Source of the DNA: Amphiscolops sp. MND2022
Lineage: Eukaryota
NCBI GenBank assembly: GCA_964187785.1
Contig: OZ076409.1
Span: 99,388,001-99,452,000, forward strand
Direction: 5' to 3'
Length of the DNA stretch: 64,000 bases
Below are positions 42,603-55,198 of this stretch, one piece after another. Position numbers and translations under genes: made by a program. Every line of letters begins with the position of its first letter. Within the stretch, counting starts at the first letter, position 1. The notes under the pieces were generated by a model. It did not search any database. It was not told where the DNA came from and saw only the letters and a list, made by a program, of their open reading frames with translations.

Positions 42603-43266
42603 GTGAGACTCAACAATAGTTATGTTATGAGGAGTACAAGTTTTTCAATCAATTTATACCGCCATCCTCAGGTTGTTTGGGGGCAAATGATTGGCTGAAA
42701 CTTTCTCAAAATATTTTTTTCAACTTTGTGAAAATCAAGAAAAGTGCAAATCTGACGAAATTTGGCAAAAATTTACACTTTTTAAATTTTGTATTTTTTG
42801 GCGGTGAAAATTCAAACAATTATTTTTGAAAATTACAAAAAAAAATCGAAGGAACTTTTCTAGCTGACAATTTTTCGTATTTGTGACACTTTTCAAGATA
42901 TTTGTATTTGAAATCAACGCACTACTGGGATTTATACATGGACTTAACTTGTTTACTTTCTCTTTACTTTCATTACAAAATATCGCTGTAAAATAAAAAC
43001 TTTAGATACCGTCCAGATTTTCCGTCATTTTTAGTCGGCCAATGGGGAGCTTTCTAAAATGCAGTAAAGGCACTGCGTGAATTAGATCAAATCTTTTTTT
43101 CCCAGTTTTGTTGCTTTATATTAGCCCAGAAACAACTCCCAATTTTCCCACCCAAGCAGCTAAAGGAAGCATCCGTGCGTGTGAAGAGTTTCCGAAGTGC
43201 TTTGTCTACAGGGGGTTGATATATATAGTTTTTAAACTTCTATCGTACTGAGGAGATTGAGGAGTA

Positions 43267-43621
43267 CTAGGTGAACCAAACAATGGAACGCATTAAAATT
43301 TTCGAGCTCTCAAAGTTTCAAATGATTGTCGACAAACGTTTCACGACATTTTTGAACGCTGTTGTCAACCATTCGAATTAGCATCTTCTTCTGAAAAGCC
43401 AATAAAACTTTCCCGCATCAAAAGTGAGAATGAAATGACTGGTAAACACGTCTAGACTTTCTCTGAAGGTTCGGATCATTCTGTGTTGAAGATTTGATTA
43501 CGAAATAATACCTTTATTCCAAATGATTGACAGAAAAGTTGAAAGAATTTCAATGTATTGTTTACAAATAAAAGATTTTGAAGACGCATAGTTTATGCGT
43601 TCCGTTTTTTGGTTCACCTAG
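43267..43621. mobile_element. TA-flanked MITE (Tc1/mariner type)
   Basis: TIR CTAGGTGAACCAAA...GGAACGCAT with TA TSD. Confidence 0.82.
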
Positions 43622-43658
43622 TATCTATGTTTTTAGGCCGCGGCCTCCGAAATGCCAT

Positions 43659-46182
43659 TGTTGTAGACTTTGTTGAAAAGCCGTTTGCAAAAGAAAATTT
43701 AATTTATTATTGAGAGCGAATTGTTTTCAATGAGTTTTGAAGAACGTGAATTGATCAAAAATTTGAAACGAACAAACATGAAAAGACGCGAAGAAGTCTA
43801 AATAAAGTATCCAATTGTTTTTCAGATGTCTTTATTCTTTCACGCGGTATTGCTTCATTGACAGAATATTTGAGCTTCAACATTTCCGGTCCCCTTGAAG
43901 CCAGCAGCTTCAATAATTGTGAGAGTCCATGTGATGTAAAAGTTTGAAGCTTGGTTCGTGAATGATAACTAATTAAAGCTGAAATCAATCACTGCAAGGA
44001 ATATTTGATGAATGGAGAAGTCAAGTGTGTGAGTCACTATCAGCAGTAGCAATTGAATGAGTCAATGATAAACAAGAAATGGAATCAATGAAAGGATAAT
44101 ACGATGAAGCATTCAAATCATTTGAAGCTGGTTTTGATGAGGAACGTTTCAAGTCAATGTCTGTTTTCAGAACAGTTACAGTATGAATTTGATTAGTTTG
44201 TTCCAATATTTTTCCAGTGACCACCCACCCGAAAATTGTATTTCGCCAATGGAGGCCGTTGTCTGCTTGCAATTTTCCGTTCAAAACGATGTGTTCATAG
44301 ACGTCTGATCCCAAAATTAAATCCGTTCAGATTCCATGAACTCGGGATCAGCGAGATTGATTGACCTTGATCGGAAACAACCTTTCACTTTGAAGGAATC
44401 AGTTGGAAGAAATTGAGATAAGTTTGGTCGTACAAGAGCCTTTACCTCGAAAGTTGGAACGCAGGGTGTTTGAATTTTGAAATTCACTATTAAAGAAGTA
44501 TTCTGAAAACTAACGATTCCGTTTAATCGCATGAAAGCTGGTGTGCGTTTCAATTGGAGTCGTTGTGCCCAATCTTTAGTCATCATACCCAATTGAGCAC
44601 CACTATCAAGCAGAGCACGACTCTATGATTGATGCATAGCTGTATTCTGTGTATTCTGTAATTGGTACTGTTTTCCTTGTGTCGGCCATTTCTGGATGCA
44701 ATAGAGTATTGTTTTTTTCTGGAATTTTTTGCATGTGGATTTTGAACTGCAATCTCGAGTCATATGTCCATCTCCAAGGGAATTGAAGCACAATTTCGAG
44801 CTATAAGCTAGATTACGTCTCTCTATCAGTGACATTTTTCTTGAATAGATCGCACTGAAAGACTTTGTGTTGGTCTGAGGAAATGGGACAATGAACTGCT
44901 GTTGCGTTATAACTCTGAACTGTTTGTTGCTTGTGTGACGACGTCTGGAACTGTTTTTCACTTCGTAGCGAAAGTAGTTTTATTTTCTCAGACGTTTCTA
45001 GAGCTCTGCCACGTCTGATGATGAATTTCGGCAAATCATCGATTTTTCGGATATCATCACCAGCACTATCTAGCTCCCACTCTCTTCTGATTTCCGGGTC
45101 CAATTTCTCAGACACAATGTGAACCCAGAAAAAACAATTGACCTTGATGTTGATACTCATGGCTTCCATTGCCAACAAATTTTCATCAAGAATTTGCTCT
45201 AATCTCCGCAATCCTTCTGATGATTCAATACGGAGAGGCGGAGCTTGCAGAATTGCATCCATATGAGACTTCAGAATTAGCCGTTTTTTTGGAATATTGA
45301 TCCTTCAACAATTTCAATCCGATTCTATAATTCGAAGCTGTTAAGGGTGAATGCGAGAGAACTACTGCGGCTTCGTCTTGCAAAGATGCTTTCAAGTAAT
45401 TCAGTTTCTGTATATCTGAAATACTATCGTTTCTATCCACAGCAAATATGAACTGGTCATAGAATGGCACCCAGTCTTTATATTTCCCTGTGAATTTGGG
45501 AAGTTTGAATTTTGGCGTTTTCAAACCTGTTGTGTTGTTTGCTGAATGAGAGGTAGTCTCAGCAGGCTCTTTCACGGCTAGCCTAGTCAAGATTTCTTCA
45601 ATTTCCCCGAGTTGTTCCCTAGTTTTCATCTCAATGTCGTAGTGAATCTCGTTTTCTTCATCCATTGAGTCGTCTGGAGTGATTTTATCGCAAAAAGCTT
45701 CGCTCAGTTCCTCCACTAGCGTGACCTTTGATTGTAGCAATGTGCGAATGCTTTTCGAAGATCTGATATCTTCAAGTGTTACATCGATTGCATCTTTCCC
45801 TGCAATGGGATTGATTTTTATCGAATTCTTTTTAATGATTCCCAAGATGTTGGATCTTGAACGTCGCAATTGTTCCATTGTTTTCGCATCAAACGACATC
45901 TTGACTGAATTGTTTCGTTCGGTATCTGTTGAATCCCGGGTCGTATCGCAGCAATAAATATTGTAGATTTTGTTGAAAAGCTGTTTACAAAAGAAAATTC
46001 AATTTATTGTTGAGAGCGAATTGTTTTCAATGAGTTTCGAAAAGCGTGAATTGATCAGAATTTTGAAATGTGCAACAATGAAAAGACGTGAACAAGTCTA
46101 AGTAAAGTATCAAAATGTTTTTCACATGTCTTTATTCTTTCATGTGGTATTGCTTCATTGACAGAATATTTGAGCTACAACA
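43659..46182 (-). mobile_element. Internally deleted BEL/Pao LTR retrotransposon
   Basis: 224-bp LTRs at 43659-43882 (TGTTG...CAACA) and 45959-46182. TSD GCCAT/GCCTT, PPT-like AAGGGGACCGGAAA, gag and protease remnants; no RT or integrase. Confidence 0.88.
44021..45899 (-). pseudogene. BEL/Pao gag (DUF1759-like, zinc knuckles) and aspartic protease remnants, frameshifted
   Basis: LPKFTGKYKDW..F...F...V......DIQKLNYLK, CFNSLGDGH..RDC, LADPEF and TIFGWVVTG are spread over several frames. Confidence 0.85.
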
Positions 46183-46675
46183 GCCTTTATTTTCACCAAA
46201 AACCACTCCTTCATTCCGAAACGCACTGAAAATGTTTTCTCAAAGAAGAGATTTTTTATCACGTCGACTTGTTCATATTATCCCTATGCGCATATTCTTT
46301 TGCTCTTATTATTGCTATTTAATATATATCAGCATTCAAATGCCTCTCTCTGTGATGTTTTGTTATCGTACGGATGGGAATTAACATGTTGAAGCCGAAA
46401 TATCGTTAAACAAAACCCAAGTAATCCAACAATTTAACTAATTTCAAGTCAATGAAACAGAGAAGTCGACTCATTATTCCACAAACAGCACATGCACACT
46501 GGAAAAGGAGATCATTTGCTAAAAACATCTTTTGCATTTTTGACAAAAGTTATCACTAAGGGCCAAGAAAACTAAGTTTGCGATCGTGGTGCTGCTTCAT
46601 GAAGATATCTAATAATGAAACCATGGAAGAAGGAGAAAGAAATAAAGATTTATCCATCATATGGAATTGAGATAC

Positions 46676-47162
46676 TTTTTAGTCGGCGCTTTATCCTTTT
46701 AAGGAAAAATGCCCGACTATAGCAGTGACTTTTTTCTTCAGACTACAATCCTCACACTGATCGGTCCACTTTTTAGAAACAATCCTGAAACCACCGAGTC
46801 CAAGTCCGGCCAAGGGAGACTTAGTGCAAAGGGTCCCCCTTTCATTTTTTTACTATTTTAACGTAACCGACAAAACCGGACGAGACTAAAGGGTCCCCCC
46901 TTTCGATTTTTTTTCGGCATTGTGTGACTTTTTTTCGAAAATTTTTTAATGTCTCAAAAGAGTCCCCCTTTCGAGTTTTTTGATGTTTTGCAACAGAATA
47001 TATGTTAATAAAGCCCAAAGGGTCCCCCCTTTTACATTTTTCGGCACTATGCGACATTTTCTGAAAGAAAAAAATTCAAAAATTTCAAGTTTTTGTCCAA
47101 AAAAAGTCTTGCGCTTTTTGAGCCTTAGATATAGCGCCAACTTTAGACGTTCCCGTCTTGTT
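46676..47162 (+). mobile_element. HINE-like element flanked by 138-bp direct repeats (duplicated at ~49269-49756)
   Basis: Family termini present; flanks 46541-46678 and 47162-47299 differ at 7 positions. Confidence 0.75.
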
Positions 47163-47414
47163 GACAAACGTTATCACTAAGGGCCAAGAAAACTCAGTTT
47201 GCGATCGTGGTGCTGCTTCATGAAAATATCTAATAATGAAACTATGGAAGAAGGAGAAAGAAATAAAGCTTTATCCATCATATGTAATTTAGATACTTTA
47301 GATTCAATTTGATTCGACCTTCGTTTTGACCTTTTTTGCGTTTTTATTTGACCTCTGAGGGTGGCGCCTATTTGACGATTATAATGACCTGAAATTCCGG
47401 TCCCTGGTGAGTGG

Positions 47415-48396
47415 CAGTGAATTAGGTCGCTTGTAAGCGGAAGCGCAAAAGAAGCGAAAGCGACGTAATATCCGAATAAGCGCCGAAATATCCGAATAAT
47501 ACCCGAAAGCGGTAGCGACTGCTGGAATTTGCGCTTATCTGATTGGTCTGAAATTTTTTCTATTTTAGTAACAAGACGTTACCAAAAACTGTCACGTAAC
47601 AATGGCAAGTTCTTTGTACTGAGCGTTTCACCTGACATCAATTCATTCAGAATATTTCTCTACTGTACTTTAATGTTGCCAGCAACTTTTATTATGGTTT
47701 TCTAAATATCTTACGACGGAAACTTTAATGCGTTAATATTTCCCTGTTGTCGCCAACTTTTATCAAGCTGCTTTAAAGAATCATCAAAGTTTTGGCGGCA
47801 ATTTCAAGCCGCGAAGTTCTGCCAGTTTCGTTCTGCGTCAGTTCTAATTTTAAATGCTCAAAAATCAACAATTTTGCCGCCATTTTGACGCAAATTAATT
47901 TCAATTACAATGTGAACAACAAACTAGCGTCATGTTCAGCGTGCTATTTGAGAAGCGGTGATTAAATCAGATGAGTAGTTGAGAAATCAAATGTGTGAAT
48001 ACAACGTGATCGTGTCCGTAAAGAAGGGTGAAATATTTTCAAATTTAATTATTGCAGTAGTGGAAAATACAATGTAAACAGGAACCTTACCACCGGAACA
48101 TTACTGAATTTTCTAGGTTTTATAAAAAATTACCCTGCATGCAGGCCTGCAGCATGTAAAAAGTTTCAGCAGTCTCAACTAGGGTAACCGATCGAAGTTT
48201 CCAAAAGTTCGAAATGTTGCCAGGAAATTGCAGCTTTTAAAAATTTAGCTAAAAACGTAGCTTTTGAAAACAAAGCTTTTAAAAACATATTAGCTGGACC
48301 AAAATGTCCCTCCAGAAAGCGTCGCTTAAGAGTTAGCGGGCCAGTCACAAGCGCAAGAAGCGATAAGCGCGTTTTTCGGTAGCACCTAATTCACTG
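47415..48396. mobile_element. hAT-like non-autonomous element (second copy ~50009-50989)
   Basis: TIR CAGTGAATTAGGT; degenerate 8-bp TSD GTGAGTGG/GTGAGGAG. Confidence 0.65.
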
Positions 48397-51005
48397 GTGA
48401 GGAGTATCCATGTTTTTATTCGGCGCTTTTCTAGTGAAAAGTGCCCGACTCTTACAGTGGCTAGTTTGTTTCATCAGACTACAATCGCACTCTGATTGGG
48501 CCACTTTTCTTACAATCAAAACTACTAAGCAATAATCGCAGCAATAAATATTGTAGATTTTGTTGAAAAGCTGTTTACAAAAGAAAATTCAATTTATTGT
48601 TGAGAGCGAATTGTTTTCAATGAGTTTCGAAAAGCGTGAATTGATCAGAATTTTGAAATGTGCAACAACGAAAAGACGTGAACAAGTCTAAGTAAAGTAT
48701 CAAAATGTTTTTCACATGTCTTTATTCTTTCATGTGGTATTGCTTCATTGACAGAATATTTGAGCTACAACAGCCTTTATTTTCACCAAAAACCACTCCT
48801 TCATTCCGAAACGCACTGAAAATGTTTTCTCAAAGAAGAAGAGATTTTTTATCACGTCGACTTGTTCATATTATCCCTATGCGCATATTTTTTTGCTCTT
48901 ATTATTGCTATTTAATAGATATCAGCATTCAAATGCCTCTCTCTGTGATGTTTTGTTATCGTACGGATGGGAATTAACATGTTGAAGCCGAAATATCGTT
49001 AAACAAAACCCAAGTAATCCAACAATTTAACTAATTTCAAGTCAATGAAACAGAGAAGTCGACTCATTATTCCACAAACAGCACATGCACACTGGAAAAG
49101 GAGATCATTTGCTAAAAACATCTTTTGCATTTTTGACAAAAGTTATCACTAAGGGCCAAGAAAACTAAGTTTGCGATCGTGGTGCTGCTTCATGAAGATA
49201 TCTAATAATGAAACCATGGAAGAAGGAGAAAGAAATAAAGATTTATCCATCATATGGAATTGAGATACTTTTTAGTCGGCGCTTTATCCTTTTAAGGAAA
49301 AATGCCCGACTATAGCAGTGACTTTTTTTCTTCAGACTACAATCCTCACACTGATCGGTCCACTTTTTAGAAACAATCCTGAAACCACCGAGTCCAAGTC
49401 CGGCCAAGGGAGACTTAGTGCAAAGGGTCCCCCTTTCATTTTTTTACTATTTTAACGTAACCGACAAAACCGGACGAGACTAAAGGGTCCCCCCTTTCGA
49501 TTTTTTTTCGGCATTGTGTGACTTTTTTTCGAAAATTTTTTAATGTCTCAAAAGAGTCCCCCTTTCGAGTTTTTTGATGTTTTGCAACAGAATATATGTT
49601 AATAAAGCCCAAAGGGTCCCCCCTTTTACATTTTTCGGCACTATGCGACATTTTCTGAAAGAAAAAAATTCAAAAATTTCAAGTTTTTGTCCAAAAAAAG
49701 TCTTGCGCTTTTTGAGCCTTAGATATAGCGCCAACTTTAGACGTTCCCGTCTTGTTGACAAACGTTATCACTAAGGGCCAAGAAAACTCAGTTTGCGATC
49801 GTGGTGCTGCTTCATGAAAATATCTAATAATGAAACTATGGAAGAAGGACAAAGAAATAAAGCTTTATCCATCATATGTAATTTAGATACTTTAGATTCA
49901 ATTTGATTCGACCTTCGTTTTGACCTTTTTTGCGTTTTTATTTGACCTCTGAGGGTGGCGCCTATTTGACGATTATAATGACCTGAAATTCCGGTCCCTG
50001 GTGAGTGGCAGTGAATTAGGTCGCTTGTAAGCGGAAGCGCAAAAGAAGCGAAAGCGACGTAATATCCGAATAAGCGCCGAAATATCCGAATAATACCCGA
50101 AAGCGGTAGCGACTGCTGGAATTTGCGCTTATCTGATTGGTCTGAAATTTTTTCTATTTAGTAACAAGACGTTACCAAAAACTGTCACGTAACAATGGCA
50201 TGTTCTTTGTACTGAGCGTTTCACCTGACATCAATTCATTCAGAATATTTCTCTACTGTACTTTAATGTTGCCAGCAACTTTTATTATGGTTTTCTAAAT
50301 ATCTTACGACGGAAACTTTAATGCGTTAATATTTCCCTGTTGTCGCCAACTTTTATCAAGCTGCTTTAAAGAATCATCAAAGTTTTGGCGGCAATTTCAA
50401 GCCGCGAAGTTCTGCCAGTTTCGTTCTGCGTCAGTTCTAATTTTAAATGCTCAAAAATCAACAATTTTGCCGCCATTTTGACGCAAATTAATTTCAATTA
50501 CAATGTGAACAACAAACTAGCGTCATGTTTAGCGTGCTATTTGAGAAGCGGTGATTAAATCAGATGAGTAGTTGAGAAATCAAATGTGTGAATACAACGT
50601 GATCGTGTCCGTAAAGAAGGGTGAAATATTTTCAAATTTAATTATTGCAGTAGTGGAAAATACAATGTAAACAGGAACCTTACCACCGGAACATTACTGA
50701 ATTTTCTAGGTTTTATAAAAAATTACCCTGCATGCAGGCCTGCAGCATGTAAAAAGTTTCAGCAGTCTCAACTAGGGTAACCGATCGAAGTTTCCAAAAG
50801 TTCGAAATGTTGCCAGGAAATTGCAGCTTTTAAAAATTTAGCTAAAAACGTAGCTTTTGAAAACAAAGCTTTTAAAAACATATTAGCTGGACCAAAATGT
50901 CCCTCCAGAAAGCGTCGCTTAAGAGTTAGCGGGCCAGTCACAAGCGCAAGAAGCGATAAGCGCGTTTTTCGGTAGCACCTAATTCACTGGTGAGGAGTAT
51001 CCATG

Positions 51006-51490
51006 TTTTTATTCGGCGCTTTTCTAGTGAAAAGTGCCCGACTCTTACAGTGGCTAGTTTGTTTCATCAGACTACAATCGCACTCTGATTGGGCCACTTT
51101 TCTTACAATCAAAACTACTAAAACTACTACCATAAGGCCAAGTCCAGTCAGCGGAAATTAGTGAAAAAGGGTCCCCCTTTCATTTTTTACTTTTTTTAAC
51201 GTAACCTACAAAACCGGATGAGACTAAAGGGTCGCCCCTTTCGATTTTTTTCGGCATTGTGCGACTTTTTCGAAAATTTTTTAATGTCTCAAAAGAGTCC
51301 CCCTTAAGAGTTTTTTGCTATTTTGCAACAGAATATATGTTAATAAAGCCCAAAGGGTCCTCCCTTTTACATTTTTCGGCACTATGTGACATTTTCTGAA
51401 AGAAAAAAAATTCAAGTTTTTTTTAAAGAAGTCGTTTGCGCTTTTTGAGCCTTAGATATAGCGCCAACTTTAGACGTTCCAGTCTTGTTT
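51006..51490 (+). mobile_element. HINE-like element abutting the exon D acceptor
   Basis: Family termini; ends ...gcgccaactttagacgttccagtcttgttt, 8 nt before exon D. Confidence 0.7.
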
Positions 51491-51498
51491 CATTTTAG

Positions 51499-51625
51499 GG
51501 AGCTGGGCCAACTGACAGACGAGCAGGAGAGTGAGTCATCGAGTGTGAAGACCGCCTCTTCCGCCTACGAGGCCGCCCACAACGCCCACGCACTCGTCAT
51601 CTGCACCGAATGGGACGAATTCAAG
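51499..51625 (+). CDS. UGDH: UGDH exon D (absent from the ORF track)
   Basis: cattttag|G completes Trp, reads ELGQLTDEQESESSSVKTASSAYEAAHNAHALVICTEWDEFK, donor |gtaaca. AHALVICTEWDEFK is conserved in UGDH. Confidence 0.93.
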
Positions 51626-53110
51626 GTAACACTACTCAACTTCTCAGTCGTACTACGGTGGTAGGTCCTATAGCCGAAGGATATTTAGGACGAACGACTC
51701 TAAAGTCGAAAATCTACGGGTTTGGAGTGGGAAAAGTGACTGCTCACAAAACAAGTTGGAAAGGTGGGGTAAATGTTTATTAAAAAAGCGAAATGAAATC
51801 ACTTAGTTTATGGCGGTAGGTCTTACAGCCGAACGAGATTTAAGATGAAGAAGTTCAAAGCCGAAAATGTACAGCAACGTGGCTTCTGTAATTGTCCAAT
51901 CAGAAATGAGATCGGCTTTCTATTCGTTCTTCCTAAAGCTGGTTCGGTTATACGAACGACTACCATTACTTCTGCTATAGTACTATATAACTCCGATTAT
52001 ACCTATTATAACTTTTAATTATCTAAGTTAATTACATATAAAAAGGCAAAATGTGCAACTCTGGTCTTACTCCGGGCACAAGACAGACTATTTCGATGTA
52101 CCGGTTCTGCAGAAACTCTTTCAACTCAAGATAACGAGTTAACATTCCATGAGTAATAGCCCAATCTAGCCATCCATGAATATTAACAGCCTTTTTAAAA
52201 GCCTTCGAGAAGCCTAATGAATTCTGGTAACAAGACTTCTCCCATCCCGGGTGCTACAGCTTTATATGGTATGACAAGTTAATGTAACCTGAATTCGGTG
52301 CTTGCTTTCTTTTTACCGCAAAAAGAACATTTGAAATTGCCATTATCAATTCTTGAGAAGAATCAATTTGTAAGTTCTTCAAACGAGAAAGCATGATCAG
52401 AAGTTAATCTGTTGGAACAAAATTACTCAAAGGCCTTTAAAATTCTTTAAATGTGGAAAGTTGATCTGTTAACGAATCAAGTGAATTTTCAGTGATTTTG
52501 CTGCTTTTTAATTTTAATTTTAATTGTGATTGGATGGCAAATTTTCAGTTAGGACAATTGCCTCTTGCAGCATTGCAAACTTACAGCATTGCAATTTTGC
52601 AGCATTCGATTTGAAAGCCCTGTTCCTATCGGCTAATGAAATTCACACACGCTCGTATGACGTCACAATTATTGCAAATATTCTTTTTCGGAAGTCAATT
52701 AGGATCTTTTCTGTTAATTCCTCCCCCCTCCCACAGTAAGCGCGGAAATTTTAATTCCCCACCACTATCAGCGATGAGTATCAGTTGCAGTTAGAGGTAT
52801 AAATTACTGCAATTTGATTGGTTGTTACCAGGCTCACCCCTATTCCGCGCGCGGCAGAATTAGCAGAATACTAACTATAGCGAAGACAAATCGGCGAATC
52901 ACAGAATGATTAATAATCTGCAGATTAACGAATTAAAACGCATCTTTGAACAAGGGCAGCAGTTTAGCGCAGAAAATGATTATGTAATAGTTTGTTTACA
53001 TTGCAAATAAAAGTTGACTGCGCTTGCATTGAGCTTAACACATTTCTGTTGTTTTATAAACTTTATGTTGACTGGCTTATCTTTTTATTTGTAACTTCCT
53101 TCTAGAAACA

Positions 53111-55198
53111 ATGCCGCCAAAGCTGTTAAAAACGATTAGGTACCAAATAACATAAGAGCAAATAGCATAAAATCAAAATTAGGTTCAAATAACATAAAAA
53201 TGAAATTAGTTTCGAATAACATAAAAATAAAACCGAATACCCGGTTAAGTAATCGAACTCACGAAATTTTATTTGTATTTTTCATACTTTTTTGAGTGAA
53301 TCTTTTGAATTGTGAATGCTTTTGACAGCTAAAACTTTCTCGCAAACAATTTTATTTTTATGTTTAGTCAAACTCATTCCATTTTTATGTTATTTGCAAC
53401 TAATTTCGTTTTTATGTTATTTGCTCTTATGTTATTTGGGAATTCACCGTTAAAAACTGTTAATGCTTTTACAAGAGAGAAAGAATATCCCGCTCAGTTC
53501 TACGTGGACAACGGTTTGTTATTTTGCAAATCTTGCTGTCATTCAATTAATTATGAGAAAAAATCGACAATCGACGATCACTTAAAATCAAAGAAACATT
53601 TGGAAAGAAAACGAGTATCTCTTGCTTCAAAAGAAACAAAACGGCAATTAACGATTGAAACAGCAAACAAATCAGCCTCTAGTCGGTCTCTGTTCGTTAA
53701 AGACTTTGTAAAAATGTGTGTCGTCTCAAACATTCCTTTAGAAAAAACCAAGAAAATGACACCATTTTTGAACAAGTATTGTACCGAAGGAGGCGCTTTA
53801 CCAGTAGTCGCCAAACTTAGAGAAAGTTACCTACCGATTGTTGCAAACGAGGTGCGTCAATCTATTGCAATTTCTATTGATCATGCTATTCAAAATGGGG
53901 CTATTTTCACAATTAATGTTGACGAAACAACGGATGAACGCGAAAAATTTATTTTGAACATTATCTTACGATTTTGCGACAAGGTAATACTTCTTGAATC
54001 AATAGTTCTTAAGGAGCCTGCAAATCATTTGAACGTAGCAAACAATGTTAATGAGGTTATTGTTAAATATAACCTGAAAAACAATCTTGGTGTATATTTA
54101 ACCGATAATACTGCCTATTGTTTAAAATCATATGAGCCAATACTTAAACCCATGTATCCAACAATGATTTGGATAGGTTGTTGGGCCCATGTTGTGGATC
54201 TTTGTGGGGACGCTTGGCAAAATCATTTTGCAACCTCTATCAAATTTCTACATGTGATGAGAATGCTGTTCAAGAAGAAAGTCGGTACCGGAAAACGCAA
54301 CCGTTGGATAACTTATCAAAAAAACAACGCAATCGCGAATCCCACTTTTCCTCCAACAGCTGGGTTTACAAGATGGACAGCGTGGCTAAAAGCGACAAAG
54401 TATCACACGAAGAACTTTCAAATGTACCCTAGTTTTATTGAGAAAGAAGCAGAAATATCTGGAAGCGCAAATATTACAGTCTTAAGAGAAATGTTGAACA
54501 ATGTTAGTCTCAAAAACCGAATAATGATTGAGATTAGGTTTTTATCGGAACATGGGGCCCTTTTTATAGACGTAATTGAAGCCTTGGAGGTGAAGCTAAA
54601 ACTAGCCGCAGTTCATATTTTCAATAAACTGAATGTTTTGAAAAATACGCTTTTAGCTGGAAAAACACGGGTTGAATTTCTCCCGCTGACAGAAGAGTGT
54701 ATTCGAAATTCGAACATGTCAAACATTGAGCTGGCAAATTGTGTGGAGTTCTGTCAAGAAGCGTTTTCAAAAGCTTCGGAAAAATTAATAAAACATATGG
54801 ACAAGCAACACGATGGACTCAAGTTATTAAATCTTATTAGAATTTTTGACCCACGTCAGAAACATGCCATGCCACGAGATATAACTGCTTACTCGATCAT
54901 TCCCAATCGGAAAACTTCAGGTGACATCTTAACTGAGTGGGCGTTATATGTTAGCAGTAGTTTTACAGTGTCAGAGGTCTTCGACTTAGAAATGTACTGG
55001 GAGTCCAAAAAGACAGAGTATCCTATTCTCTACAGTCTTGCTAAAAGCTATATTTGGTTTTCTGGATCAGGGGCAGACGTTGAAAGAAGCTTCAGTTTAC
55101 TGAAGCAACTCGAAGGAAAGCAACGCTTGAATATGATAGACCAAACTCGTAAAGATTTGCTGATTTGTTTTTGTAACCCTTCGTATGTTGAAATATAA
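53111..55198 (+). CDS. hAT transposase, CGGBP1-like; N-terminus interrupted by a MITE (open from 53360)
   Basis: LFCKSC...KKSTIDDHLKSKKH zinc finger resembling CGGBP1. Catalytic motifs VDETTD, LTDNTAY, CWAH, TRW and DVERSFS. Removing the MITE restores MPPKLLKTVNAFTR from ATG 53111. Confidence 0.88.
53134..53448. mobile_element. 315-bp Mutator-like MITE inside the transposase start
   Basis: 9-bp TSD GTTAAAAAC (53125-53133, 53449-53457); same family as 925-1241. Confidence 0.9.

Larger units (their letters stand above)
45945..51121. repeat. Tandem duplication of ~2.59 kb (45945-48528 and 48535-51121)
   Basis: About 9 differences counted by eye and a 6-bp junction filler GCAATA. It creates a third BEL LTR copy at 48549-48772. 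Confidence 0.95.

Noticed and set aside
46115..49774. Pairs of near-identical short ORFs (46115/48705, 46842/49436, 46946/49540, 46980/49574) as a gene family
   Set aside because: They are by-products of the tandem duplication of LTR and HINE sequence.
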